A DNA stretch of 64,000 nt from a bacterium (GTDB taxonomy: Bacteria > Elusimicrobiota > Elusimicrobia > UBA1565 > UBA9628). The notes below the pieces were generated by a model. The model worked only from the letters and a program-made list of their open reading frames with translations, was not told the origin of the DNA and ran no database searches. Positions 1 through 9,159 of this stretch are shown piece by piece; the stretch's first letter is position 1, and each line of letters starts with the position of its first letter. Location: contig JAJXVH010000006.1 in assembly GCA_021782205.1 (NCBI GenBank), forward strand, positions 11,058 to 75,057. Reading direction: 5' to 3'. A program made the translations under genes and the position numbers.

Positions 1-2474
1 GCGTCGGTCTTGGCGACCGCCTCGCCCATGGGCAGGCCCTGAAGGTTGGCGGTCAGCGTGACCTGGCGCTGACGGTTGTGCCGATCAATTTGGGACGGAC
101 CGCGGTCCTCGTAAGGCGTGGCGACGCTGTCCAGACGCACGAGCCCGACCTTCGACGACGGCACATACAGCCCACGGATCGTCTCAAGCTTGTCGCGGTA
201 GGGTTTGTCGACGCGCAACCGCACCTGGTAGAGCTCATCGCCGTCCTTGTACTTCGTGATGTCTTCTTCTCCGCCGACCATCGTGCGCAGCGCGTCGGCG
301 ATGTCCTGGACCTTCACCCCGAGGTCCTGCGCGCGGTCGCGGTCGATCTTGACCTTGATCTCAGGCTTGGCGAACACCAACGACGTGTCCAGATCGACGA
401 GGCCCGGCACATCGGCGCGCAGCTTGTCGATCATTTCGCTGGAGACGCGGCGCAAAGTGTCCAGGTCCGGGCCGGCGATGATATATTGAAAGTCGCTGGT
501 CTTGAAGCCGCCGCCGGAGATCTGCGGCACCACGCTGACCGTCAGGCGCAGGCCCGAATACTTGGCGAACGCCCGGCGCGCCAGCGCCATGAGCTGGAAT
601 TGATCGAGCGCGCGCTTGTTCTGCGCCACCAGGTGCACGTAGATCGACCCGTCGTTGACGCCGTCGCCGTCGTTGGCGGCGATCGTGGTGAGCAGGGAGT
701 CCACGCCCGGCAGGCGCCGCAGCTCGGCCTCCAATTGCTTGAGAATCTCATCGGTGGCTTGAAGGGAGGTGCCTTCGGGCGCCTTGATGTCCACTTGGAA
801 CTCGTTGGCGTCGTCGGGCGGGATGAAGCCCTTGCCCACGCCCTGGATGATCACGCCGGTCGAAAGCACCGTCAGGACCGCCGCGGCCACGACCCAGCCC
901 TTGTGCGCCATCGCCCACGCCACCATGATGCCGTAGTAATGCTTGAGCCAGTCGTTGAAATCGTCGACCATCTTCTGCAGGCGGTTTTTAGGACCGTGAT
1001 CGAGCTTTAAAAAGCGCGAGCTCAGCATCGGCGTCAAGGTGAAGCTGACGAACAGCGAGATCATGATCGAGAACGCGACCGTGAGGCCGTAGCTCTTGAG
1101 AAACCGGCCCACGATGCCGGGCATGTAGGCCAGCGGCAGGAAGATGATGACCAGGGAGAGCGTCGTGGCCATCACGGCCTGCGCGATCTCCGCGGTGCCC
1201 ACGCTCGCGGCCTGCATGGCGGTGAGACCGTCCTCCTCCATGTGGCGGAAGATGTTCTCCAGCACGACGATCGCGTCGTCGATGACCACGCCGACGGCCA
1301 GCGCCAGGCCCAGCAAGGTCATCGTGTTCAGCGTAAAGCCCGCGTAGTCCATCAGCGCGTAGGTGGAGATCACCGAGATCGGGATGGCCAGCGAGGCGAT
1401 GAGCGTGCTGCGCACGCTGCCCATGAACACCAGCACGACCAGCGCGGCCAACAGCGAGCCCAGGATCAAATGCTCCTGCACCGTGTCGACCGAGCCGTTG
1501 ATGAAGTCCGACTGGTCGCGCGTGACGCGCACCGTGAAGCCCGGCGGCAGGCGCGCCCGCAGCTCGGCCAGCTCCTCCTTGACTTTTTCGATCACCGCGA
1601 CGGTGTTCGAGCCGGACTGCTTCTGCACGGATAGATCCACCGACTGCACGCCGTCCAGGCGCGCGAGCGTGCGCGCTTCCTGTTCGGTGTCCTCGGCCCG
1701 GCCGATGTCGCGCACCCGCACCGGCACGCCGCCGACGTTGGCGATCACGACCTTCTCGAAGTCCTCCGGGCGCTCGATGCGGCCCATCGTGCGCAGGACC
1801 AGCTCGCGCGAGCCCTGGTCCACGCGCCCGCCGGGCGTCTCGATGTTCTGCTCGGCCAAGGCGTCCTTGACCTGCTTGATCGACAGCTTGTAGGACGCGA
1901 GCTTCTGCGGGTTGACCACGATGTGGATCTCCCGCTCGCGCCCGCCGATCATCACGATGCGGCCCACGCCCGAGATCGTCTCCAGCGGCTCCTTGATCTT
2001 CTTCTTGGCGATCTGGGTGATCTCGCGCAGCGGCGCGCGGCCGCTGACCACCACCGACATCACCGGCGTGGCTCCCGGGTCGAACTTCTGCACCACCGGG
2101 GTGTCCGTGCCCTGCGGCAGGTCGCTGATCACGCCGTTGACCTTGTCGCGCACCTCCTGCGCGGCGACGTCCACGTTCTTTTCAAGCTTGAACGTGACGA
2201 TGACCTGGCTTAAGCCCTCGAAGCTGGTCGAGTTGACCTCGTCGATGCCGGAGATGGTGTTGACCGCCTCCTCGACGGGCTTGGTGATCGAGGTCTCGAT
2301 CTCCTCGGGGCTGGCGCCGCGCAGCTTCGTGTTGACCGTGACGATGGGGAAGTCCACGTTCGGATACAGGTCCACGCCGAGGCGGAAATAGGAGAACGCG
2401 CCCAGCACGACCAGCGCCATCACCATCATCGTGGCGAAGACGGGGCGCTTGATGCTGACGTCGGCCAGGTTCAT
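1..2474 (-). CDS. RND (AcrB/HAE1-type) inner-membrane efflux permease, 5' ~824 codons; 3' end lies beyond window start
   Basis: Absent from the ORF track because the frame never reaches a stop inside the window. My reverse-complement translation from ATG 2474-2472 gives MNLADVSIKRPVFATMMVMALVVLGAFSYFRLGVDLYPNVDFPIVTVNTKLRGASPEEIE... and later ...LGLALAVGVVIDDAIVVLENIFRHMEE... The start overlaps the MFP stop (ATGA 2471-2474). Confidence 0.85.
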   Translation of the reverse strand, partial: MNLADVSIKRPVFATMMVMALVVLGAFSYFRLGVDLYPNVDFPIVTVNTKLRGASPEEIETSITKPVEEAVNTISGIDEVNSTSFEGLSQVIVTFKLEKNVDVAAQEVRDKVNGVISDLPQGTDTPVVQKFDPGATPVMSVVVSGRAPLREITQIAKKKIKEPLETISGVGRIVMIGGREREIHIVVNPQKLASYKLSIKQVKDALAEQNIETPGGRVDQGSRELVLRTMGRIERPEDFEKVVIANVGGVPVRVRDIGRAEDTEQEARTLARLDGVQSVDLSVQKQSGSNTVAVIEKVKEELAELRARLPPGFTVRVTRDQSDFINGSVDTVQEHLILGSLLAALVVLVFMGSVRSTLIASLAIPISVISTYALMDYAGFTLNTMTLLGLALAVGVVIDDAIVVLENIFRHMEEDGLTAMQAASVGTAEIAQAVMATTLSLVIIFLPLAYMPGIVGRFLKSYGLTVAFSIMISLFVSFTLTPMLSSRFLKLDHGPKNRLQKMVDDFNDWLKHYYGIMVAWAMAHKGWVVAAAVLTVLSTGVIIQGVGKGFIPPDDANEFQVDIKAPEGTSLQATDEILKQLEAELRRLPGVDSLLTTIAANDGDGVNDGSIYVHLVAQNKRALDQFQLMALARRAFAKYSGLRLTVSVVPQISGGGFKTSDFQYIIAGPDLDTLRRVSSEMIDKLRADVPGLVDLDTSLVFAKPEIKVKIDRDRAQDLGVKVQDIADALRTMVGGEEDITKYKDGDELYQVRLRVDKPYRDKLETIRGLYVPSSKVGLVRLDSVATPYEDRGPSQIDRHNRQRQVTLTANLQGLPMGEAVAKTD

Positions 2475-3373
2475 CGCGCGGCCTCCCCGGACTCGGCGGG
2501 CGCCTCCGGAGCCAGGACCTCCACGGCGCTGCCGTCCTTCAGGCCGTAGAGGCCGAAAACGGCCACGTCCTCGCCGGGCTTCAGCCCGTCCAGCACCTCG
2601 GCCTGCACGTCGTTGGTCAGCCCCAGCTTCAGCGCGCGCTTGGCGGCCCGGCCGTCCTTGATGACGTAGACGAAGGCGCCGTCTCCCTCGACCAGCGCCT
2701 CTTTCGGGACGACGACCGCGCCCGCGCGCCGCGCCACGACGATGGTCATCTTCGCGAACATGCCGGAGCGCAGGCGGCCGTCGGCGTTGTCCAGGTTCAC
2801 CTCGATCGGAGCGCTGCGAGTCTCCGTGTCCACCACCGGACTTTCTTTCGAGACCACCCCGCGAAATATTTTGCCCGGATACGCCTCCACCTCCACGCGG
2901 ACGTCCTGGCCCAGCTTCACGCGCCCGGCGTAGCGTTCCGGCACGTCGGCGCGCGCGCGCACCGTGCTGGCGTCCACCACCAGCGCGATGGGCGTGTTGA
3001 GCGTCACGTCCGCGCCGCGGTCCAGGTAGACGCGGCCCACGATGCCGGTCAAGGTGGAGGGCACCGGGGCCGGCTCGTATTTCACGCCGACCTCGTCCTT
3101 CTGCACCAGCGCCACCGGCTGGTCTTTCTTGATCGGCTCGCCTTCCTTGACCAGATTCTCCACCAGCTTGCCGTCGATGCGCGAGAACAGGGTGGCCTCA
3201 TCGCGCGCTTTCAAGGAGCCGACGACACTCAGCACGTCCTCGATGTCGCCGCGGCGCGCCGGCTCCACGCGTACGGGAAACGCGTCGAGACGCGCGGCCG
3301 CTTCCGGCTTGCGGCCGCAGGCGGCCGCGGCGAGGGCGATCAATAAAACGGCGGGGGCGGGTCGGCGGCTCAT
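2471..3373 (-). CDS. RND membrane-fusion (periplasmic adaptor, HlyD-family) protein
   Basis: ORF 2471..3622 trimmed to Met84 (3373), which overlaps the upstream stop (ATGA). Signal/lipoprotein-like N-terminus MSRRPAPAVLLIALAAAACG. Adaptor-like body (GIVGRVYLDRGADV..., SGMFAKMTIV...). The 83 codons upstream are Arg/Gly/Pro-rich GC-shadow. Confidence 0.85.
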   Translation of the reverse strand: MSRRPAPAVLLIALAAAACGRKPEAAARLDAFPVRVEPARRGDIEDVLSVVGSLKARDEATLFSRIDGKLVENLVKEGEPIKKDQPVALVQKDEVGVKYEPAPVPSTLTGIVGRVYLDRGADVTLNTPIALVVDASTVRARADVPERYAGRVKLGQDVRVEVEAYPGKIFRGVVSKESPVVDTETRSAPIEVNLDNADGRLRSGMFAKMTIVVARRAGAVVVPKEALVEGDGAFVYVIKDGRAAKRALKLGLTNDVQAEVLDGLKPGEDVAVFGLYGLKDGSAVEVLAPEAPAESGEAAR

Positions 3374-4698
3374 GGCGTCATCTCCTTCAGCGAAACCCCG
3401 GTCGCGCGCTCGAGCGCGGCCAGGCTGGTCCAATAGTCGCTCAACGCCTGAGCGTAGTTGGTGCGCGTGCGGTCCAAGGCCAAAGTCGTGTCGATCAGGT
3501 CCAGCTGTCCGGCGCGGCCCGCCTTGTAGCGGACCTCGGTGGAGTCCAGGGCGCGCCGTCCCTGGCCGATCGCGGTCTCCTCGGACTGCGCGCGTTCCAG
3601 GGCCTCCTCGGCGCCCAGCCACTGGCGCTTGACGTCCACCAGCACGTCGCGCCGCGTCTGGGCCTCGTCTTCCAGCGCCCGCTCATACGCCAGCCGCGCC
3701 TGCGCCACCTGCTCGCGGACCTGCCCGCCCGAGAATACCGGGAAGTTCATGCTGAGCCCCCCCGCCGAGCTGGTGCCGCGGTCGTTCGGGCCGAGGTTCA
3801 GGCTTTGACCTTGACCGTTCCACTGGATGTTGCCGAACAGAGCCAACTGCGGAAGCCCGTTGGCCCGGTCGAGCGCGATGGTCTGCTGGGCGACGATCGA
3901 CTTCTGATGCGCCGCGAGGACCTCCGGTCGCCGGGACAGCGCGATCTCCGCGGCCTTGTCGTAGGACGGCATCGCCTCCGGCGTCTCCAGCGCGCCGACG
4001 AGCGTCACCGGCCGGTCCACGTCCAGCGCCAAAGTGTCCTTGAGCATGGTCAGGCCCAGCTCCACCTGATTGCGCGCGGTGATCAGCGCCGGCTTGGCGT
4101 TGGCGACCTCCACCTCTTGGCGCAGGACGTTCAAATCGCTGTCCAGGCCCATCTTGAAGCGCTCGGAGATCGTGCGCATATGCTCCTGCGCGGAGGCCAG
4201 ATTGTCCTGCTGGATCTGAGCGGTGGCGCTGGCCAGCAGGACCGCGTAGAACGACTGCTTGACGGTCAGAATCACATCGTCGCGCGTCTGCGCCAGGTCG
4301 GCCTGCCCCTGCGCGCGCAGCGCCGCCCCGCCGCGCAGCGCGGCCGTGATCTTGCCGCCGGAATAGAGCGCCTGGGAGAACGCGGCCTCGCCCATCATCG
4401 CGTTGGGCTCTCCGGCGATCAATTTCTGCCCGTTGAAGAACGCCAGCGGCGGCTGGAAGTTGCGCGTGTAGCTTCCCGACAGCGTCACGGCCGGAAGGGC
4501 GGCGCCGATGGCCTGACGGTATTCGCTCTCGAAAATCGCCAGATTATAACGCGCGCGCTCCGCGTCGATGTTCTGCTCCAGCGCCAGGCGGATCGCGTCG
4601 TCCATCGTCAGAGCCAAAGGCGTCGGCTCCGCCGCCGCACGGAGCCCGGACGCCCCGATCAGCGCCGCGACAAGCAGAAGACCATTCATCGTGTTCAT
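3370..4698 (-). CDS. TolC-family outer-membrane efflux protein
   Basis: ORF 3370..5652 trimmed to MNTMNGLLLVAALIGASGLRAAA (signal peptide). The start overlaps the upstream stop (ATGA 4695-4698). Two-repeat OEP-like sequence (LTMDDAIRLALEQN..., ...RYKAGRAGQLDLIDTTLAL...). Confidence 0.85.
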   Translation of the reverse strand: MNTMNGLLLVAALIGASGLRAAAEPTPLALTMDDAIRLALEQNIDAERARYNLAIFESEYRQAIGAALPAVTLSGSYTRNFQPPLAFFNGQKLIAGEPNAMMGEAAFSQALYSGGKITAALRGGAALRAQGQADLAQTRDDVILTVKQSFYAVLLASATAQIQQDNLASAQEHMRTISERFKMGLDSDLNVLRQEVEVANAKPALITARNQVELGLTMLKDTLALDVDRPVTLVGALETPEAMPSYDKAAEIALSRRPEVLAAHQKSIVAQQTIALDRANGLPQLALFGNIQWNGQGQSLNLGPNDRGTSSAGGLSMNFPVFSGGQVREQVAQARLAYERALEDEAQTRRDVLVDVKRQWLGAEEALERAQSEETAIGQGRRALDSTEVRYKAGRAGQLDLIDTTLALDRTRTNYAQALSDYWTSLAALERATGVSLKEMTP

Positions 4699-5834
4699 CC
4701 CGTTTTCTCCGACTCGCCGCCGAGCGTCAGCAGCGTGATCTCCGACGGCACCGCGAAGCGGTGCGCGGGCCCCCAATAACCGGTGCCTGGGCTCACGTAC
4801 ACCTGCATGCGTCCGTGGCGCGCCAGTCCGCGCGGATAGCGATGAAAGAGGCCGATCAAGAGACTTGCCGGAAAGAACTGGCCGCCATGGGTATGGCCCG
4901 ACAACTGCAGATCGAAGCCGGCGCGCTCGGCGGCCGCGACGCCGTCCGGACGGTGCGCCAGCAGCAGGCGAAAATCGACGTGCCCGTTCACCGCCGCGGC
5001 CTTGGCCGCGTTCGGTTCGTGCCCGGCAAGGAAGGTCCCGCCGGATTCGTCGGGCGTTCCGCCCACAAGCAGGCGCGCGCCGCCGCGGGAGACCACGCGG
5101 TTGTCGTTGAGCAGCGCGGTGAAGCCGAGGCCCCGCGCCTTCTCGACCCACGCGCCCGCGTCCCAGTAGTACTCGTGGTTGCCGGTCACGTAATAGACGC
5201 CGAGCGGTGCCTTCAACCGCGCCAGCGGCGCCACGTGGCGTGAAAGCCGCGAGACCGTGCCGTCCACCAAGTCCCCGGTGATCGCGATCATGTCCGGCTC
5301 CAAAGCGAGTGTCTGCTCGACCACGCGCTCGACATCGCGGCTGCGGATCGTGGGACCCACGTGAAGATCGCTGAGCTGGGCGATGCGCAGGCCGCGCAGG
5401 CCCGGCGCGAGCCCGCGCACGGCAACATCGACTTTCTTCACGCGCGGGCCTTTCACGGCTTGACCAAATCCCAGGCCCGCGATGAAAAGAGAGGCCGCGC
5501 CCGCGGCCGCCGGAAGCGCCTGCGCGAGGACGGCGCCGCGAGTCGAGGCCGTCAGGAGAAGATCGGCGAAGTTCGCGCCGAGAGCCAGAAGCAGGAACGT
5601 CGCCCACACGCCCATCGCGACGCTGGCCGTCCACGCCAGCGCACGCGTCCATCCAGACTCTTCCGGCAGCGCGCCCCGTCGGTAGGCGATCTGCCAGGAG
5701 ACGAAGAACGCGACGAGAGTGAACGCTCCGGTCATCGCGGCGAGCGGGTGCGCGGGGAAGAGATCGGCGACCTTCTCCCCCGTGTAGAGAGCCAGCAGGC
5801 TGACGACGCCGAGAACGGCGGCAAGGCGCCTCAT
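4695..5834 (-). CDS. Membrane-anchored calcineurin-like metallophosphoesterase
   Basis: About 130 aa of N-terminal TM helices, then the MPE motifs QLSDLHVG, ITGDLVDG, VTGNHEY, SGHTHGG. Confidence 0.8.
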   Translation of the reverse strand: MRRLAAVLGVVSLLALYTGEKVADLFPAHPLAAMTGAFTLVAFFVSWQIAYRRGALPEESGWTRALAWTASVAMGVWATFLLLALGANFADLLLTASTRGAVLAQALPAAAGAASLFIAGLGFGQAVKGPRVKKVDVAVRGLAPGLRGLRIAQLSDLHVGPTIRSRDVERVVEQTLALEPDMIAITGDLVDGTVSRLSRHVAPLARLKAPLGVYYVTGNHEYYWDAGAWVEKARGLGFTALLNDNRVVSRGGARLLVGGTPDESGGTFLAGHEPNAAKAAAVNGHVDFRLLLAHRPDGVAAAERAGFDLQLSGHTHGGQFFPASLLIGLFHRYPRGLARHGRMQVYVSPGTGYWGPAHRFAVPSEITLLTLGGESEKTG

Positions 5835-5856
5835 CGCGCCCGCCCGCGGTCCGTCG

Positions 5857-5873
5857 CGTGACCGCCGGTCACG
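5857..5873. promoter_or_regulatory. 17-nt perfect palindrome CGTGACCGCCGGTCACG between the tetR stop and the metallophosphoesterase start
   Basis: Read directly. It lies in the 69-nt tetR-MPE gap next to an A8/T8 tract (5882-5889). The 1-nt centre argues for a protein-binding site rather than an RNA hairpin. Confidence 0.25.
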
Positions 5874-5903
5874 TCGCGATCAAAAAAAAGGACGCGCATG
5901 GCT

Positions 5904-6524
5904 TCAGCGCCTCGAAATCCCGCGCAAGGCGAACTCGCGCACTTCCTTGTATTGCTGCTCGGACGTCAGCGGCGTCTTCAGGCAATCGAGGCCCTCCATT
6001 TCGACCACCCCGATCAGCGCCGCGTGAAGACCCAGGATGATGCTTTGGATCGGCTTTTTGACGATCACGCCTTCGCGAATGCCGCGCTCGATGACCGGGT
6101 CTAAAAGAGCCGCGAACTGCTCGTCCAGCTCATCCAGCTCTTGGCTGACCTTCGGGCCGATCACGTGGCGGAAGTCCTCGCAGCGGCAGTAGCGGATCAG
6201 ACGTTTGTTCTCCGGAGAACCGGCGTGCGCCCGCCAGAACACGTCCATCGCCTGGCCGATCACTTTCAGCGGCGGCCGGGAGAGGTCGATCTTGCGGATT
6301 TCCCGCAACACACTGCGGTGGAACTCGACGACGAGCTTCGCGTAAATCTCATCCTTGCTGGCGAAGTGCTTGTAGACCGTGCCCTTGCCGATCTCGGCCT
6401 TCGCGGCGATCTGATCGATGGTGACCGTTTGCCAGTCGTCGCGGTTGAACAACGCCAGCGCCGCCGCCAGAATGCGGGCCTCCCGCTCCTGGAACTCCCG
6501 CTCACGCCGCTGATGGATTGTCAT
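5904..6524 (-). CDS. TetR-family transcriptional repressor (efflux operon 1)
   Basis: N-terminal HTH: TIDQIAAKAEIGKGTVYKHFASKDEIY. First gene of the tetR-MPE-OMP-MFP-RND string. Confidence 0.9.
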   Translation of the reverse strand: MTIHQRREREFQEREARILAAALALFNRDDWQTVTIDQIAAKAEIGKGTVYKHFASKDEIYAKLVVEFHRSVLREIRKIDLSRPPLKVIGQAMDVFWRAHAGSPENKRLIRYCRCEDFRHVIGPKVSQELDELDEQFAALLDPVIERGIREGVIVKKPIQSIILGLHAALIGVVEMEGLDCLKTPLTSEQQYKEVREFALRGISRR

Positions 6525-6525
6525 G

Positions 6526-6581
6526 ACTATTGGTCACAAAATGACTGATAGTATTATACCGGATCACGGCAAACCCGTCAA
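6526..6581 (-). promoter_or_regulatory. Putative sigma70 promoter plus operator for tetR-1
   Basis: Minus strand reads TTGACG (6581-6576), a 17-nt spacer, then TATAAT (6558-6553). This is followed by the imperfect inverted repeat ACTATCAGTCA-TTTTG-TGACCAATAGT (6552-6526, 9/11 arm match), which ends 1 nt before the ATG. Confidence 0.55.
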
Positions 6582-6604
6582 GACCCGGCGGAATTACCCC
6601 GCTC

Positions 6605-8008
6605 TTATCTCTCGGCCGCGCCGAGCACAGGCATGCGGCCGAGCGCGAACTCCATCTGGCGCGCCTGCAGATAGAGCCCGATGCGCGCCTGGGCCAGCGC
6701 GGCCTGGGACTGGAGCAGCGCGCTCTGCGCGGTCAGCAGATCAAGCAGGCTCGACGCCGCGACCTGGTAGCGCTCGGCCGTGGCGTCGTAGGATTCCCCC
6801 GCGGCCTTCACGCCCTGACGCGCCGCCTCCAGCTTCTGCTCCGCGGCATGGAAATCCCCGAGAGCCTGCTTGACGTCCTGCTCGACGGCCAAGCGCGCGT
6901 CCTCGTATTCGACGCGCGCGTCGGCCAGCGCCGCCGCCGCCTGCTTGGAGGCGCTGAAGGTGGTCAAGCGGTCGAAAATCCCCCACTTCGCGGTCACGCC
7001 GACCGTGTAGTTCACGTATTGGTCCAGTTGCGATCCCAGCGAGGACTGGAAGGCGGGCACGAAGTTCACGCCGTTGACGTAGTCGGTGTCATAGAGGCGG
7101 CTGGTCGACGCCATGGACCAGCCCAGGTCCAGGCGCGGGAAATACCCCGAGCGCGCGCTCGTCAGCGCGCCGCCCGCGGCCTCAACGCGCTCGAAGGCCG
7201 CGCGCAGGTCCGGACGCGCGTCGAGCGCGCCGGTCACCAGGCCGCTCTCGTCTCCGGAGGGGACCTGCGCCGCCGCGCTGTCGACGGCCACGTCGGCCAG
7301 CGCGTAGTCGCGGCCCATGTCGTAGCGCGCGCGGCGCAGCAGGGCCAGCAGGTCGTCGTGGCGCTTGTTGCGCGCGTCGATCAGGAAGGAGCGGTCGGCG
7401 CTGGTCTGCGCCTGCTGGCGATACAGGTCCGGCAGGCCGCGCTCGCCGACCTGGGTCTGCTGGTCGAGAAGGGACTCGCGTTCCTCGGAGGCCTTCAGGT
7501 TTCCCTCGCCGAAGCGCACGATCTCGTCGTCAAGCTTCACCTGCAGGTAGGCCTGCGCGATGTCGAGCGCGATCTGCTGGCGCGCCCGCTCCAAGGTGAG
7601 CGCCGCCGCGCGCCGGCCGCCCAGAGCGGTTTTGAAAGCGCCGTAGTCGGCCAGCCCGTTGAACAGGTTCAAGGTGCTGGACACCTGGTAGGAATAGCCG
7701 CGATTGCGCGAGTCCACGATGATCGGCTGGGCGAACGTCAGGTTTTGGGGTCCCCGGATCTGGCTGTAGTCGCCCTGCGTCTCCAGGTTGGGCAGAAACT
7801 GCGCGTAGCCCTGCAGGAGGCGCGCCGCGGCGGCGCGATCGGCATGGGCGGCCTCCAGCACCGGCACCGCGTCGGACAGCGCCTTGGCCACGCAGCCGGG
7901 CAAGGTCAACTGCGCCGGGCCCGAAGAGTCGTCGGTCAGCGCCGGCCGGTCGGCCGCGCGGGCCGGCGGCAACGCCAGCAGGACCGCCGCCGCGAGTGCG
8001 CGCGTCAT
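6605..8008 (-). CDS. TolC-family outer-membrane efflux protein (operon 2)
   Basis: Signal peptide MTRALAAAVLLALPPARA. OEP-type repeats. Start overlaps the MFP stop (ATGA 8005-8008). Confidence 0.85.
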   Translation of the reverse strand: MTRALAAAVLLALPPARAADRPALTDDSSGPAQLTLPGCVAKALSDAVPVLEAAHADRAAAARLLQGYAQFLPNLETQGDYSQIRGPQNLTFAQPIIVDSRNRGYSYQVSSTLNLFNGLADYGAFKTALGGRRAAALTLERARQQIALDIAQAYLQVKLDDEIVRFGEGNLKASEERESLLDQQTQVGERGLPDLYRQQAQTSADRSFLIDARNKRHDDLLALLRRARYDMGRDYALADVAVDSAAAQVPSGDESGLVTGALDARPDLRAAFERVEAAGGALTSARSGYFPRLDLGWSMASTSRLYDTDYVNGVNFVPAFQSSLGSQLDQYVNYTVGVTAKWGIFDRLTTFSASKQAAAALADARVEYEDARLAVEQDVKQALGDFHAAEQKLEAARQGVKAAGESYDATAERYQVAASSLLDLLTAQSALLQSQAALAQARIGLYLQARQMEFALGRMPVLGAAER

Positions 8009-9159
8009 GGCCGCGCCGCGTCCGCGTCGTCGGCCACGCGCACCCGGTCCCCCTCGCCGATCGTGTTGCCCACGTTCAGCGCGACTTGGTCGCCGTCCGA
8101 CAAGCCCGACAGGACGCGCGCGAGCTGGCCGTCGTTGTCGGAGATTTCCACCGGGCGGAAATGCACGCGGCCTTCGCTCACCACGGGCACGACGGTCGCG
8201 CCGCCGCGCGTGACCAAGGCCTCCACCGGTATCTCCAGCTGCGGCGCCGCCTTGATCTTCAGCGTCACCTGGGCGAAGCCGCCGGGCACGAAGCGCCCGT
8301 CGCGGTCGTCGAGCTCCACCTCGGCCAGCATCGTGCGCGTGCGCTCGTCGAGCTGTCCCGCCACGCGCGTGACCCGCGCGCTCTGCCGCACCTGCGGCCT
8401 CTCCGCAAGAGACACCGTCACCGGCGTGCCCGCGCGCACGAACGGCGCGTCCTTCTGGTCGACGTAGAACGTCACGCGCAGGCGGTCGGTCTTGGACACG
8501 GTGAACACCGGCAGGGCGCTGGTCTGGGAGTTGGTCGCGTTCTGCATCAGCGCGCGCGGGTCGGCGTAGCGCGCGGTCACCACGCCGTCGAACGGGGCGC
8601 GGATTTCCTCGTAGGCCTTCATCACCGAGGCTTGGTCCAAGCGCGCCTGCGCCACGTCCGCATCGGAGAACGCCTGGTCGGCCTCCTGCTGGGAGACCAG
8701 CTTGCGCTCAAGCAGGGGCCGGTAGCGCTGCGCGATGCGCTTCTTGTTTTCCGCGTCCGCCAGGGCCCCGTCATACTCGCGGTCGGTCTCCGGCGACTGG
8801 ATGACGGCCAGGACTTGGTCCTTGACCACGCGGTCGCCCTTGTCCGCGGAGACCTGATCAAGGTAGCCGCTGACCTTCGCGTACAGCGTGACGGTCTCGT
8901 AGGGCTTGAGCTCGCTGATCAGGCTCACGGTGCGCTCCGGCGCCGACAGCTTCGCCGCCGCCACCCGTACGCGCGTGCCCGCGGCCAGCTCCAGCTCCCG
9001 TGCCTGGGCCTCGCGCGCGACGGACAGCCTCTTGCACGCCGCCGACAGCGCGACGGCCGCGAAGGCCGCGGCGACCAGCGCCGCTCCGGCCAGACGGAAC
9101 CGGTCGCGGCGCCAAGCGTTCCAAGTTTCTAAGAGTGATTTCGCCATCGCAGTCCTCAC
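8005..9159 (-). CDS. RND membrane-fusion (HlyD-family) protein (operon 2)
   Basis: TM anchor LAGAALVAAAFAAVALSAA, then LYAKVSGYLDQVSADKGDRV, coiled-coil and beta-barrel segments. Start is either GTG at 9159 (GTGA overlap with the RND stop) or ATG at 9147 (MAKSLL). Confidence 0.85.
   Translation of the reverse strand: MRTAMAKSLLETWNAWRRDRFRLAGAALVAAAFAAVALSAACKRLSVAREAQARELELAAGTRVRVAAAKLSAPERTVSLISELKPYETVTLYAKVSGYLDQVSADKGDRVVKDQVLAVIQSPETDREYDGALADAENKKRIAQRYRPLLERKLVSQQEADQAFSDADVAQARLDQASVMKAYEEIRAPFDGVVTARYADPRALMQNATNSQTSALPVFTVSKTDRLRVTFYVDQKDAPFVRAGTPVTVSLAERPQVRQSARVTRVAGQLDERTRTMLAEVELDDRDGRFVPGGFAQVTLKIKAAPQLEIPVEALVTRGGATVVPVVSEGRVHFRPVEISDNDGQLARVLSGLSDGDQVALNVGNTIGEGDRVRVADDADAARP

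Noticed and set aside
78-2391. Several 100-310-aa plus-strand ORFs (78..1010, 1363..1893, 1912..2391 and others)
   Set aside because: They are antisense or off-frame shadows of the RND permease gene. Their translations are Arg/Ala/Pro/His-rich low complexity typical of high-G+C shadow frames, whereas the minus-strand frame gives a textbook AcrB sequence.
3374-5652. 5' extensions of the supplied ORFs (e.g. 3370..5652, 13233..15128, 15777..17564, 18339..19631, 23232..24989, 29545..32403, 34104..36911, 39916..41655, 49408..50991, 50406..52187, 52900..54051)
   Set aside because: Each extension overlaps the upstream gene in another frame and is low-complexity. An internal ATG/GTG that overlaps the upstream stop codon gives a protein with a normal N-terminus (signal peptide or conserved first motif).
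5874-5903. T8 tract after the tetR-1 stop as a rho-independent terminator
   Set aside because: The preceding potential stem (GCGC...GCGC) is only 4-5 bp with a 9-nt loop. That is too weak to call, so I mention it only as a possible attenuator.
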